From NCBI GenBank assembly GCA_963705305.1, contig OY970067.1, positions 4,000,001 through 4,064,000 on the forward strand: a stretch of DNA of 64,000 bases, in the 5' to 3' direction. Numbering within the stretch: position 1 is the first letter of the stretch; every line of letters starts with the position of its first letter. The stretch comes from an uncultured Methylomirabilota bacterium. Its GTDB lineage: Bacteria > Methylomirabilota > Methylomirabilia > Methylomirabilales > 2-02-FULL-66-22. Positions 1-9,453 of this stretch are shown here, piece after piece. The position numbers and the translations under genes are program-made. Under the pieces are notes generated by a model. It saw only the letters and a program-made list of their open reading frames with translations. It was not told the origin of the DNA and made no database searches.

Positions 1-732
1 ACCCCCCTGAACTCCATCCTAGGCTTTGCCCAGATCCGCTTGGAACAGATGCCGACAGTCCTCTTGGAGAAGCAGTTCGGCTACTTGACGAACAGCTACG
101 GGAGCGGCCAGCACCTCCTGCAGCGCTTCAATGACATACTGGACCTCAGCGAGGTCGAGGCGGGGAAGGTCGTCCTCCAGCCCGAACCGCACCCGGTCGC
201 AACGACCCTGGAGGACATCCTGGTCATCGCCCGTGGTCTCGCCCACAAAAAGGGCCAGACTATCCAGGCTGATCTCGGCTCGGATCTCCTACCCGTCCTG
301 ACGGATCCCGGCCACTTCACACAGATCTTGGTCAAGCTTCTGAGCACCATAATGGAATTCACCCCCGACCACGGCACCATCAGGGTACCCGCTCGCCATG
401 GCAGAGCACGTAGCGCTCAGGGGTCAGGCGACGGCTCAGGCTCTCCCTCCCATAGCCCCCAGCCCCTCACCGCCACCACAGACGGGTGGGTGGAACTCGC
501 CGTTATCGATATGGGGATCGGGATACGGGCCAAAGACCTCCCGTGCCTGTTCCAAGAGTTTGTCCAGCTCGAGGCCACTGCGACCAAGCGGTACGAGGGG
601 ACGTGCCGGGGGCTTGCCCGGACGAAGCGCCTCGTGGAACTTCATGGCGGGTGCATCGAGGCCGAGTCCCCGGGAGAGGGGAAGGGGAGCAGGTTCACCG
701 TCCTTCTGCCGGTGCGAGGTCCCCAGGTATGA
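1..732 (+). CDS. Sensor histidine kinase, C-terminal part (HisKA end + HATPase_c), 5'-partial, degenerate
   Basis: Frame open from base 1: TPLNSILGFAQ...NDILDLSEVEAGK, D.GIGI, LVELHGG.I.AESPGEGKGSRF. The N box (LVKLLSTIMEF) and G2 box (GTCRGLART) are corrupted. Confidence 0.8.
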   Translation, partial: TPLNSILGFAQIRLEQMPTVLLEKQFGYLTNSYGSGQHLLQRFNDILDLSEVEAGKVVLQPEPHPVATTLEDILVIARGLAHKKGQTIQADLGSDLLPVLTDPGHFTQILVKLLSTIMEFTPDHGTIRVPARHGRARSAQGSGDGSGSPSHSPQPLTATTDGWVELAVIDMGIGIRAKDLPCLFQEFVQLEATATKRYEGTCRGLARTKRLVELHGGCIEAESPGEGKGSRFTVLLPVRGPQV

Positions 733-3035
733 GAGATGCGAAGAACGTCCAGGCGCGCCTCGCGGCCCTGCTTCAAGCGACGCAGGCCGTGAATTCTTCA
801 CTTGATCTGGATCACGTGCTGCGGGAGATCGTCCAGCAGGCCGCCGCGCTCTCGGCCGCACCCGTCGTGCGCCTCTTCCTGCTGGATGACGAGAGCCAAC
901 TCCTCCGCTGTCGCGTCGGCGTGGGGTTCCCGCTGGAGGCGGAGCCGGACCTGGCCATTCCGGTGGGGGCGAGCCTGTCGGGGCGGGTGGCCGTCACTGG
1001 CGAGCCGCTAGCCGTGGCCGACACCCGGGAGGACCCCCGCACCTACTACCCGGCGCACGTGTCGAAGTACGGGGTGGTCTCCTACCTCGGGCTCCCGGTG
1101 AAGTTCCAGGCCCGGCTGTTCGGCGTCCTGGTCTTCAACACACCCGCCCCCCGGAGCTATACAAAAGCCGAGATCGCCTCCCTCTCCGCCTTCGTTCAGC
1201 AGGCAGCCCTTGCGATCCAGAACGCCCGCCTCTACGCGAATACCCTCTCCGAGCTTATGGATCGTCGGCGAACGGAAGAGACTCTCGCGGCGCGAACCCT
1301 GCAGCTCGATGCCATCCGGGTTCTGACCGCCGAGATCACCCGGGAGCTCGATCTTCCCACCCTGCTGGCCCTGATTCTTCGGCGGGCGATGGAGGTGTTG
1401 GGCGCGGACGGGGGCTCCGTCTACTTGTGGGATGAGGCGAGCCGGACGCTGATCCCCCGCGCCTGGCACAACCTGCCGGAAGCGGTCGCCGCGCTCTCGA
1501 TCGGGCTCGGCGAGGGGCTTTCGGGGGTGGTCGCAGAGCGGCGGACCGGCGTGATCGTCAACGATTACCGGACGTCGTCCTACACTCACCCCCGTTTTCT
1601 GGCGAAGACCACCGTCACTGCCGCCCTGGCCGAGCCCCTCGTGTACCACGACCGGCTCGTCGGGGTCATCGTCCTCAACCAGCAGCGGGCCGAGGGGGCC
1701 TTCACGGAGGCAGACCGGGAGTTGCTCGCCCTGCTTGCTCCCCATGCCGCCATTGTCGTCGAGAACGCCCGGCTCTATAGCGAAATCCGGCAGCACGCGG
1801 CCACCTTGGAGGCCCGGGTAAGGGAACGGACTGCCGAGCTGGAGGACGCGGTACGTGTGAAGTCGGAATTCCTCGCCATGATGTCCCATGAACTGCGCAC
1901 GCCATTGAACGCCGTATTGGGCTTCTCCCAGCTCTTGCTGGAACGCGGATCGGGCGACCTGACATCGAAGCAAGAGCAGTTCCTTCGGCAGGTCCACAGC
2001 AGCGGCAATCACCTCCTCGGCCTCGTCGACGACATCCTGGACCTCTCCGAGATCGAGACGAGCAAGATTCGGCTCAGCCTCGAGCCTGTTCTCCTGGAGC
2101 CGCTGGTCCGCGAGGTCGTGGAGCTGATCAGGGTGCCGGCAGACCAGAAGCGGCTGGCGATCGGGACTGCGCTGGATCCCGAATTGCCGCGGGTGGTTGC
2201 CGACCGCGGCAAGCTCAGGCGGATCCTCAGCAAGCTGCTTCAGAACGCGGTGAAATTCACGCCTGAAGCGGGGCGGATCACCGTGACCACGCGGCAGGCT
2301 TCTGGTCTCGACCGCGAAGGGACGGAGGGGCAAGGGGGCACGGGAACATCTTCTCCTCCCTTCCCCCGCTCCCCCGCCTGCCAGCAGTTCATCGAGATCG
2401 CGGTCGCGGACACCGGCATCGGCATCGCGCCCGAGGACTTGGGGCGCATTTTCTCGCTGTTCCAGCAGGCCGACAGCTCTGGTACCCGCACCCATGGCGG
2501 GGCAGGCGTCGGTCTCGCCCTGGCCCGCACGTTGGTCGAACTGCATGGTGGTCGTGTGTGGGCGGAGAGTGCGGGGCCCGGCACCGGGGCGCGGTTCGTC
2601 GTCCGACTTCCGCCGCTGCAGGCGCCGCCGCCACCCCGCATCCTGCTGGTGGAAGACGACGTGCTCATGCTGAAGGCGCTGAGCCTTTTCCTGCGGGATG
2701 TCGGCTACGCGGTCGAGGGGATGGGGACCGGCCGGGAGGCGCTTCGTGCCATCGATACGCAGCGTCCGGACCTGCTCATTCTCGACATCGGCCTGCCCGA
2801 TATGACGGGGTGGGAGATCCTCAAGCAGGTGCGCTCGAGAGATTCGACGCACGACCTCCCGGTCCTCGTCCTTACGGAGTTGGGCCAAGACCACGCCGAC
2901 CAGGCCAACGGCCTGGGGGCCGATGAGTTCCTGAGCAAGCCGGTTTCCCCGCGCGTCGTGACCAAGGTCGTGCAGGACCTGCTCACGGGGAGAAAGCGCC
3001 ACGGAATGCCGCGAATGGATGAGCCCCAGGACTGA
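729..3035 (+). CDS. Hybrid sensor histidine kinase (GAF-GAF-HisKA-HATPase-REC)
   Basis: ATG 729 overlaps the upstream TGA (ATGA). Two GAF-like repeats, MSHELRTPLN H-box, NAVKFT, DTGIGI, GAGVGL, and a C-terminal REC (LLVEDD, LILDIGLPD, FLSKP). Confidence 0.92.
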   Translation: MRDAKNVQARLAALLQATQAVNSSLDLDHVLREIVQQAAALSAAPVVRLFLLDDESQLLRCRVGVGFPLEAEPDLAIPVGASLSGRVAVTGEPLAVADTREDPRTYYPAHVSKYGVVSYLGLPVKFQARLFGVLVFNTPAPRSYTKAEIASLSAFVQQAALAIQNARLYANTLSELMDRRRTEETLAARTLQLDAIRVLTAEITRELDLPTLLALILRRAMEVLGADGGSVYLWDEASRTLIPRAWHNLPEAVAALSIGLGEGLSGVVAERRTGVIVNDYRTSSYTHPRFLAKTTVTAALAEPLVYHDRLVGVIVLNQQRAEGAFTEADRELLALLAPHAAIVVENARLYSEIRQHAATLEARVRERTAELEDAVRVKSEFLAMMSHELRTPLNAVLGFSQLLLERGSGDLTSKQEQFLRQVHSSGNHLLGLVDDILDLSEIETSKIRLSLEPVLLEPLVREVVELIRVPADQKRLAIGTALDPELPRVVADRGKLRRILSKLLQNAVKFTPEAGRITVTTRQASGLDREGTEGQGGTGTSSPPFPRSPACQQFIEIAVADTGIGIAPEDLGRIFSLFQQADSSGTRTHGGAGVGLALARTLVELHGGRVWAESAGPGTGARFVVRLPPLQAPPPPRILLVEDDVLMLKALSLFLRDVGYAVEGMGTGREALRAIDTQRPDLLILDIGLPDMTGWEILKQVRSRDSTHDLPVLVLTELGQDHADQANGLGADEFLSKPVSPRVVTKVVQDLLTGRKRHGMPRMDEPQD

Positions 3036-3277
3036 TGGCTTCACGTGAGATGCGCGATTGTCGACTTTGGATGGGGGAGACATCGTCGTTCGATCACGAT
3101 TCGCGACTTCCACACTGTTCGCCGTCCATCTGGCGAACAAGGGTTGCGGCCGATAAATCGGTTTGTTGGTACGGGAGGGCTCCGTGGGCCTTCGGAGGAT
3201 CACCGGTCCTGGGCGAACAACCGAATCTTGGAGAGGCCGAACTCCCGAACGCTCGTGGTGATTTCGGAGGGAAGTTG

Positions 3278-3676
3278 ATGACACCACGTGTTCTGGTCGG
3301 AGAAGACAACCCCCTGCGCTCGGAATTGGTAGCGGCGCTCCTCGAGAACGAGGGGTGCCATATCCTTACGGCCCAGACGCTCGAAGCGGGGCTCCGCCTC
3401 GCCACGAGGGGGCAGCCAGATCTCATTCTGACGGACGTGCAGCTCCCGGGGATGACGGGGTACGAGGCCGCGCGCCGCCTCAAGGCGGATCCGGCCACGG
3501 CGGCGATCCCTCGAATGGCGAACACTGCCCAGGCCATGCACCGCGAAGCGGCCAAGGCACACGCGGCCGGGTGTGATGCGTATCTCCCGAAGCCTCTGGA
3601 GACGCGGGTCTTCCGGGAGGTCCTGCGCCGGTTCATCGGGAACGCAGGGGGGGACAGGGAGAGGGATGGTCACTGA
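3278..3676 (+). CDS. Single-domain response regulator (DivK/CheY-like), somewhat degenerate
   Basis: GGAGG RBS; VLVGED, PDLILTDVQLPGMTG, GCDAYLPKP. Confidence 0.8.
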   Translation: MTPRVLVGEDNPLRSELVAALLENEGCHILTAQTLEAGLRLATRGQPDLILTDVQLPGMTGYEAARRLKADPATAAIPRMANTAQAMHREAAKAHAAGCDAYLPKPLETRVFREVLRRFIGNAGGDRERDGH

Positions 3677-3689
3677 AAGCGAGGCCCAC

Positions 3690-4718
3690 ATGACAGAGCG
3701 GATCCTGGTCGTGGACGACGAAGCGGTCAATCGGGAGCTCCTGGAGGCGATCCTCGCGCAGGAGGGCTTCGAGGTTGAGTTGGTTACCGACGGCCCTGCC
3801 GCCTTGGTCCAGGCAACTGCCCTGCCGCCGGACCTCGTCCTGCTCGACATCCTGATGCCCGGCATGTCCGGCCTGGAGGTGTGCCAGCGGCTGAAAGGGG
3901 AACCGGCCACCGCGGAGGTGCCCATTATCGTGGTCTCGGCCGCGGGGCAGATGGCCACCAAGGAGGCCGCCCTGATGAGCGGTGCCGATGACTTCCTGAC
4001 GAAGCCAGTCCGGCCCGATGACCTCCGCGCCCGGGTGGCCGCCATGCTCAAGGTCCGCCGCATCCGCCGGGACCTGGACCGGACCCTGGCCTACCTCCAC
4101 GAGCTGGAGGCGGTCCGTCACGTCCAGCGCCACCGAGCCTCATCGCAGCATGTCGGTGACGAGAGGCTGGGCCCCTCGCCGGTCCCGACGCCCATGCCCG
4201 TCCTGCTTGTGGACGACGAGGCCCTCACCCGTGATTTCTACGAGGCTCTGCTCACCGAGCACGGGTTCCGTGTCTTCGCCGCGGGTTCTGGCGCAGAAGG
4301 GCTCGAGCTGGCTCAACAACACCCTATTGATGCAGCGATCCTGGACATTGTGATGCCGGAGATGTCTGGGATTGAGTTCCTTGAGCACCTCCACAAACGG
4401 GATCCCGACCTCCCGGTCATCATGCTCACCGGGCACCCTACCTCGCAGAGCGCCATCGCCGCGCTGAAGCTCGGGGCCTTCGACTTCATCGTCAAAGGCC
4501 TCGATCTCAGTCTGGTCGTCCTCGCCGTCCACCGGGCGATCCGCCACCGGCGGGAGATCCGCGGCAAGAATGCCGAGCTCGAGCGGTTGCGGACACGCAT
4601 CGGGGAATTCGAGAGGAATCAACATGTACCGACCGTGGAAGCTGTCCCTTCAAACGCTCAAGCCTGGAGCTGGGGCAAAGGGAGACCAGGTAGTGCAAGA
4701 GGCACCATCCAGCACTGA
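3690..4718 (+). CDS. Response regulator with two receiver domains
   Basis: ILVVDDE...LVLLDILMPG...DDFLTKP, then VLLVDDE...ILDIVMPEMSG...FDFIVK. Confidence 0.88.
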   Translation: MTERILVVDDEAVNRELLEAILAQEGFEVELVTDGPAALVQATALPPDLVLLDILMPGMSGLEVCQRLKGEPATAEVPIIVVSAAGQMATKEAALMSGADDFLTKPVRPDDLRARVAAMLKVRRIRRDLDRTLAYLHELEAVRHVQRHRASSQHVGDERLGPSPVPTPMPVLLVDDEALTRDFYEALLTEHGFRVFAAGSGAEGLELAQQHPIDAAILDIVMPEMSGIEFLEHLHKRDPDLPVIMLTGHPTSQSAIAALKLGAFDFIVKGLDLSLVVLAVHRAIRHRREIRGKNAELERLRTRIGEFERNQHVPTVEAVPSNAQAWSWGKGRPGSARGTIQH

Positions 4719-4776
4719 TACCCCCGTTCCTGCGGGTGCGAACAGGGACGGCAGGGGGGCAGGTGAATCGGATGGA

Positions 4777-5110
4777 ATGCCTGCTTCAGGGGCCCAACGC
4801 GTGCCAGTCGTTGATGACAAGGCAGCCGCCTGCGGCCTAGTATCGGCCATGCTGGCGCCCACAGGGTACGAGATCCGGGGCGCGGAGGATGGCAGCCATG
4901 AGCTGATCCGGGCCAGCGAGGGGCCCTCCGGATCTCGCACTCCGCGACGACCGGGTGCCGGGGTTGGGCGGCTACGAGGTGCGCCGCCGCCTAATCCAGA
5001 ACCTTCACACGGACCGCATTCCGGTCGTCAGGGGGATGGCGAGCGACGATCCGGCCCTACGTCATCTGGCACACGCCGCCGGGGTCCAGACGTGTCCATC
5101 ACAGGACCGG
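4777..5110 (+). pseudogene. Degenerate, frameshifted receiver-domain gene
   Basis: RVPVVDDK...GYEIRGAEDG in one frame; PDLALRDDRVPGLGGYEVRRRL...IPVV in another after ~4925. The end is approximate. Confidence 0.6.
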
Positions 5111-5133
5111 GAATAGGGGATAGGGGCAGGAGG

Positions 5134-5859
5134 ATGGCCACACGAGATCCGGAGGCCAGGCGCTCCCTCTGGTTCCAGTACAAGTTCAGCTCACCGCAGG
5201 GCCGAGTCCGGGAATTCCACGTGCACTTGGACCCAGAGACGCTCGGCCTTATCACGAAAGGCTACGCCAGCCACCCGGACTGGACCCAGCTCACCTACCA
5301 CCAGTGTACGAACTGCCCTCTCCGGCCAGAAGATCACCCCCGCTGCCCCGTGGCGGCCAATCTGATGGAGGTGGTCGAGTGTTTCAAAGGGGACGTGTCC
5401 TGCGAACCCACCGATGTCGAGATCGCCACCGCGAACCGAACGTATAGGAACCGCGTGCCGTTGCAGGTGGGGCTGAGCGCCTTGGTCGGCATCTACATGG
5501 TCAGCAGCGGCTGCCCGCACCTCGATAAGCTCCGGCCCATGGTTCACAGCCACCTGCCCTTTGCGACCCGGGAGGAGACGACCTACCGCGCGGTCGCCAT
5601 GTACTGGCTGGCGCAATTCTTCCGGAAGCAGCACGGCGAGGAGCCGGATTGGGAGCTCGAGGGGCTGGCGAGCATCTATGAGGAAATTATTACGGTCAAT
5701 AGTTGCTTTCGCCTGCGGGTCGCGGCCCTTCACGTGGCGGATGCTGGCATGAATGCCCTGTTCCGGCTCGACTGCTATGCCCAGTTCACCAGTCGGCTGC
5801 TCCTGCGGAAGAACCTCGCGGAGATCGAGCGACTTTTCCGTCCCTACCTGGATGGCTGA
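5134..5859 (+). CDS. DUF6901-like Cys-rich hypothetical protein
   Basis: AGGAGG RBS; WTQLTYHQCTNCPL...CP, SSGCP.L..LRPM..HLPFA..EET.YR motifs recalled from that family. Confidence 0.7.
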   Translation: MATRDPEARRSLWFQYKFSSPQGRVREFHVHLDPETLGLITKGYASHPDWTQLTYHQCTNCPLRPEDHPRCPVAANLMEVVECFKGDVSCEPTDVEIATANRTYRNRVPLQVGLSALVGIYMVSSGCPHLDKLRPMVHSHLPFATREETTYRAVAMYWLAQFFRKQHGEEPDWELEGLASIYEEIITVNSCFRLRVAALHVADAGMNALFRLDCYAQFTSRLLLRKNLAEIERLFRPYLDG

Positions 5860-6067
5860 CTGCTGCGCGGCTTGGTGAATCGCTGATACCGACCTCTCGG
5901 GAGACGACGGTCGAAGGCGCCAGCTCCTCATTCGTGCGGGGTCATCTCCCAGGTCACGGGGGGACCGGCCTCCGGCGTGGGTCCGACGGCTCTTCGCGCG
6001 GTCTCGAAAGGGCGATCTGGGAGAGGCGATCCGGACGGAAAATTCCCTTGAGAAAAACACCATCGAA

Positions 6068-6625
6068 GCGGATATCCGGCTCCTCACCGCCATCAACCAA
6101 GATCTCGCCCGGGCGGTCCAGGAGGGGAGGTTCCGCGAGGATCTCTTCTACCGCCTGAACGTCTTCAGCATCCACCTGCCCCCGCTGCGTGAGCGGGGGG
6201 AGGACGTCCTGCTTTTGGCGCACCATTTCGTGCGCGAGCTGGGGGCGCGTCTGGGCAAGGGAGAGCCGGGGTTCAGCGCCGACGCCCGGGACGCCCTCCT
6301 CACCTATCGTTGGCCCGGCAACATCCGGGAGCTCGAGAACGCCATCGAGCGCGCGCTCATCATCACCGAGGGGGGCCTCCTCACGGCGAGGCACCTGGGG
6401 CTCGGTGGGGGAGAAGAGGCGCGACCGGCCGTCCCCGATGGGGGGGCGACAGAGGCGAAGGCGGCCCCCGAGCCCCTCGCCACCCTGGAGCAGCGCGCCA
6501 TCCTGGCCGCCCTGGAGTCCACCCGCGGCAACAAGACGCAGGCCGCAGCCCTCCTCGGCATCACCCGGACGCAGCTCCACACCCGGCTGAAGCGGTTCGG
6601 GCTTGCCGCAAAGCCCACCGTGTAA
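6068..6625 (+). pseudogene. 5'-truncated sigma-54 enhancer-binding protein (AAA+ C-terminal part + Fis HTH)
   Basis: DIRLL.A.NQDL...GRFREDLFYRLNVF.I.LPPLRER, WPGNIRELEN, GNKTQAA.LLGI.R. Walker A and GAFTGA are absent. Confidence 0.85.
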
Positions 6626-6747
6626 TTCTGCACGCTCCGTCCACCATTGCGCAGCCAGCCGCGCATCCATACACACCTAATTCACTCTCCATTTGTACGT
6701 ATTATCATCACATCAATCATTTCATGTAGTTGTGGAGCCATGGCAAT

Positions 6748-6763
6748 TGGCATCGGTGCTGCA
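6748..6763 (+). promoter_or_regulatory. Sigma-54 (-24/-12) promoter
   Basis: TGGCATCGGTGCTGCA has exact GG-N10-GC spacing, an AT-rich upstream tract, and lies ~85 nt before ATG 6849. Confidence 0.6.
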
Positions 6764-6848
6764 AACCTCCAGCGTGCGAGTAACCCAGTAATAGGCACGA
6801 GATCGGGCAGGCGTGCTGCTCGGAGCAAACGACAAAGGAGGACGAACC

Positions 6849-7139
6849 ATGAGGAGAGTGTTAGCTGCAGCCGTATTTGCCGCCATCCTGGCCGCCGCGA
6901 CGGCCATGGCCCTGGCGAGCGCACCCACGGTCCAGGGCACGGTTCAAAGCGTGGATCCCGCTGCCCAGACCCTGACGCTGGCGGGCGGAACGACGTTCGC
7001 GGTGCCCGCGACTGTCTCCACCGAATCGCTCCAGCCTGGCGACGAGGTGACCGTCGCCTATCACCAGGGGAAGGACGGGCAGAAGGTGGTGACCACGTTC
7101 TGGATCAACAGCCTGTACCAGTACCAGGTCTCGGACTAG
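6849..7139 (+). CDS. Small secreted beta/OB-fold protein (DUF1344/DUF5666-like)
   Basis: AAAGGAGG RBS; signal peptide MRRVLAAAV...AMALA; GTVQSVD..TLTL..G..F..P....LQPGD.VTV.Y. Confidence 0.75.
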   Translation: MRRVLAAAVFAAILAAATAMALASAPTVQGTVQSVDPAAQTLTLAGGTTFAVPATVSTESLQPGDEVTVAYHQGKDGQKVVTTFWINSLYQYQVSD

Positions 7140-7270
7140 CTCCGATCTGGCTCCCGCCGGAAGCGGCGGGAGGGCTTGGCTCCGCCGGGTGCTGATCGAC
7201 GGCCCAGAGGACGGCCTGCCTCCGAGCCCTTGATCGGTTCCTGACGGAAAGGAAACAAGGAGGATCTCAC

Positions 7271-7378
7271 ATGCGATTCCTCAAAGAGTCGAAATGGGTT
7301 GACTTGCTCACCCTGTCCTTGATGTTCATCGTCGCCGTGGCCGTCAAGCTCGGCTTGGCCTGGGAGGTCCTGCACTAG
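7271..7378 (+). CDS. 35-aa putative single-TM peptide
   Basis: AAGGAGG RBS, ATG..TAG; MRFLKESKWVDLLTLSLMFIVAVAVKLGLAWEVLH. Confidence 0.5.
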   Translation: MRFLKESKWVDLLTLSLMFIVAVAVKLGLAWEVLH

Positions 7379-7910
7379 GCACTGCCGGGGCCCAGGGAGC
7401 ACCCGCGCACTGGACGGCATCTCCCGGAGTGCGGGAGCAAACGGAAACGCGCCGGGGGACTCCAGGTCCCCGACGGGCCCGGGCAATACCTTCCAACGCA
7501 AGCGAGGGCAGGGCCGGAGAAGAGGCCCCTGAAAGCTGAGGGACCGGGAGGCGACAGATCGCCAGACGGAACGTGTCAACAAGAATGAGACACTCCCCGT
7601 ATCTTCGCCGATGTTTGGCCGGCTTGGCGTAGACAGCCACGCCTCCCAAGCGCCGAATCATCTCGAACGCGCCCGCGAGACACACCGTAATGCACACCAG
7701 CCTGCCGGCGGGGTCGGCGATGGCGAACGCGCGGCCGTGCTTGCGGATCACGTAGATGTTATTCGGCGGGGGAACTTGCGCGAGGGGGATGGAGGGCGTA
7801 CGCTCGTCCTTGCCCAGGACTCTCCTCCTTACCTGGGTGGGGTTGTGGGCCACGCCCCCGGCGAGTTGGCGCTCGCGCGGGGGCACCTTCTGCCTATGTC
7901 TTCAGTCCAT
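7344..7910 (-). pseudogene. Small hypothetical gene with an early in-frame TGA
   Basis: GGAGG RBS then ATG GAC TGA, in frame with ORF 7344..7886 (YVIRKHGRAFAIADPAGRLVCITV). The real 3' end is uncertain. Confidence 0.35.
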
Positions 7911-8334
7911 TCTCAATCACCTCCGAGCAGATCCATCGATGCGCGATCCTGAACGTGCTGACGGACCAGCCCGTCTCCTTCGTTTTCTGGTTTCCCATGC
8001 GGATGGCGCAACCGCCAGTCTTGCTCGTCTCAATGGGGCGAGATCCGTCGGATACCTGACCTAGCCCTAGCAAGTGGTCCAGGGGCTCCGTCCCCTTGGC
8101 ATGCGGCGTCCTGTGGGCATCCGTCCCCCCTTGCGCCCGGTGAAACCGGGGCCCTGGGCTTTACGCCTGCCCCGATTGGGCTCTTCCCCCGCCCAGCAGG
8201 TGACGAAAATACCGTGCCTCACGCGCTAGGCAGCCCCAGGAGGTGCGTTCCCGGCCGAGCGGCGGGGGGGGGGGGGTGGTGCCGCGAGGGCAACCGTAGA
8301 AGTCCCCATCCTCCGGAAGGCACCGCCCGGTCCA

Positions 8335-9067
8335 TTAGGCAGCCTGTTTCCGACTCGAATTGGGATGCACAGCGGCCTCCCGCTTCCGGGCGGTGAGCCA
8401 GACGCTCCGCACCGTGGCCGGGTACCATAGGCGTTTGCGCCTTTTCGTCGGAATGCGATCCGCATTGAGGTCGTACGCGATGCGCTCGTAGCTCGTGCCG
8501 CGTCGCCGCGCCTTCGCCATTTGGGCCAGCACCTTCTCCTCGGCCCGCACTGGCACGAGATGCGTTCCGTCCTTCGCGAGGGTGAAGCCGCAGGGGATAG
8601 TCCCAACGCGCTCCCCGTTCTGCCGCTTGTAGGCGAGGGCCTCACGGGTGCGCTCCCCGATGACGCCCCGCTCCCATTCACTGATGGAGGTGACGATGCT
8701 CCGGAAGAGCTGGCCGGTGGCCGTCCTGGTATCCACGGCCTTTTGGATCGAGACGAGGGCCACCTGGTGCTTGTCCGTGACGTCGGCGAGATAGACGAGG
8801 TCCCGCACGGAGCGGGTGAGCCGGTCCAGCTTGGTGACTACGATCCCCTCGAAGCGACAGGTCTTCCTCGGGATTTCCTCCAAGAGCTGCTGGGGGGCCC
8901 GGGCGTTTGAGGTCTTTCGCGCTGTGGCCGTTGTCCCGGACGACGCCGATGCATCGCCAGCCATTCCCTTTGCAGCACGCCCGGATCCTCCGTTCTTGCG
9001 CATTAAGACTGACCCCATTCTCGGCCTGCTCGTTCGTGGACACCCGGACATACCCGACGGCTCGCAC
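8335..9067 (-). pseudogene. Serine recombinase (resolvase + recombinase domain), frameshifted
   Basis: AVGYVRVST.EQ catalytic motif in one frame and KLDRLTRS...EWER..I.ERT in another; the switch is at the C6 run ~8892-8897. Confidence 0.9.
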
Positions 9068-9453
9068 GTTTGTCCCCTTCCTTGTCCCGGGCGGCTGGGA
9101 TCCTCATGCCGCCCACTGGCCCTGGAAGGGGACAATCAGTTCCGATTGCACTCGGAAAATACCGTGTGTGCCGCTCCCCCGTTCACAACCCTCACGCTCC
9201 CTCCAATTTTTCCTCCTCCTGATTGACCGGAGCCCCGGCAAGGCTCGAATGGGGCTTTGAATGCCGCCGGGCCCCGGGCCGCTCCTCGCGCCAAATTACG
9301 CATCCAGGTTTGAGGAACATCGGTCCAAGAATCACCGCGGGCAGGGAGGGATCTTCGCCCATCCTCCGGCCCTCTATACGCGGAGGAAATTCGTCATCAC
9401 CCGGAAGCACTGGCACCGAATCCCTCCTCTTGGCGTGGTTATAGATGTTCGTG

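Noticed and set aside
1008..3287. 759-aa minus-strand ORF and similar long antisense ORFs (e.g. 21883-23415, 55576-57540, 61003-62373)
   Set aside because: They are shadow frames of motif-bearing genes in high-GC DNA and have no motifs of their own
7400..7560. Possible c-di-GMP-type riboswitch (GCAAAC, GAAA, GC stems)
   Set aside because: I could not assemble the conserved P1/P2/P3 pattern, and no gene follows in the expected orientation
8264..8276. G13 homopolymer as a phase-variation switch
   Set aside because: It is not in a supported CDS or promoter and may be an assembly artefact
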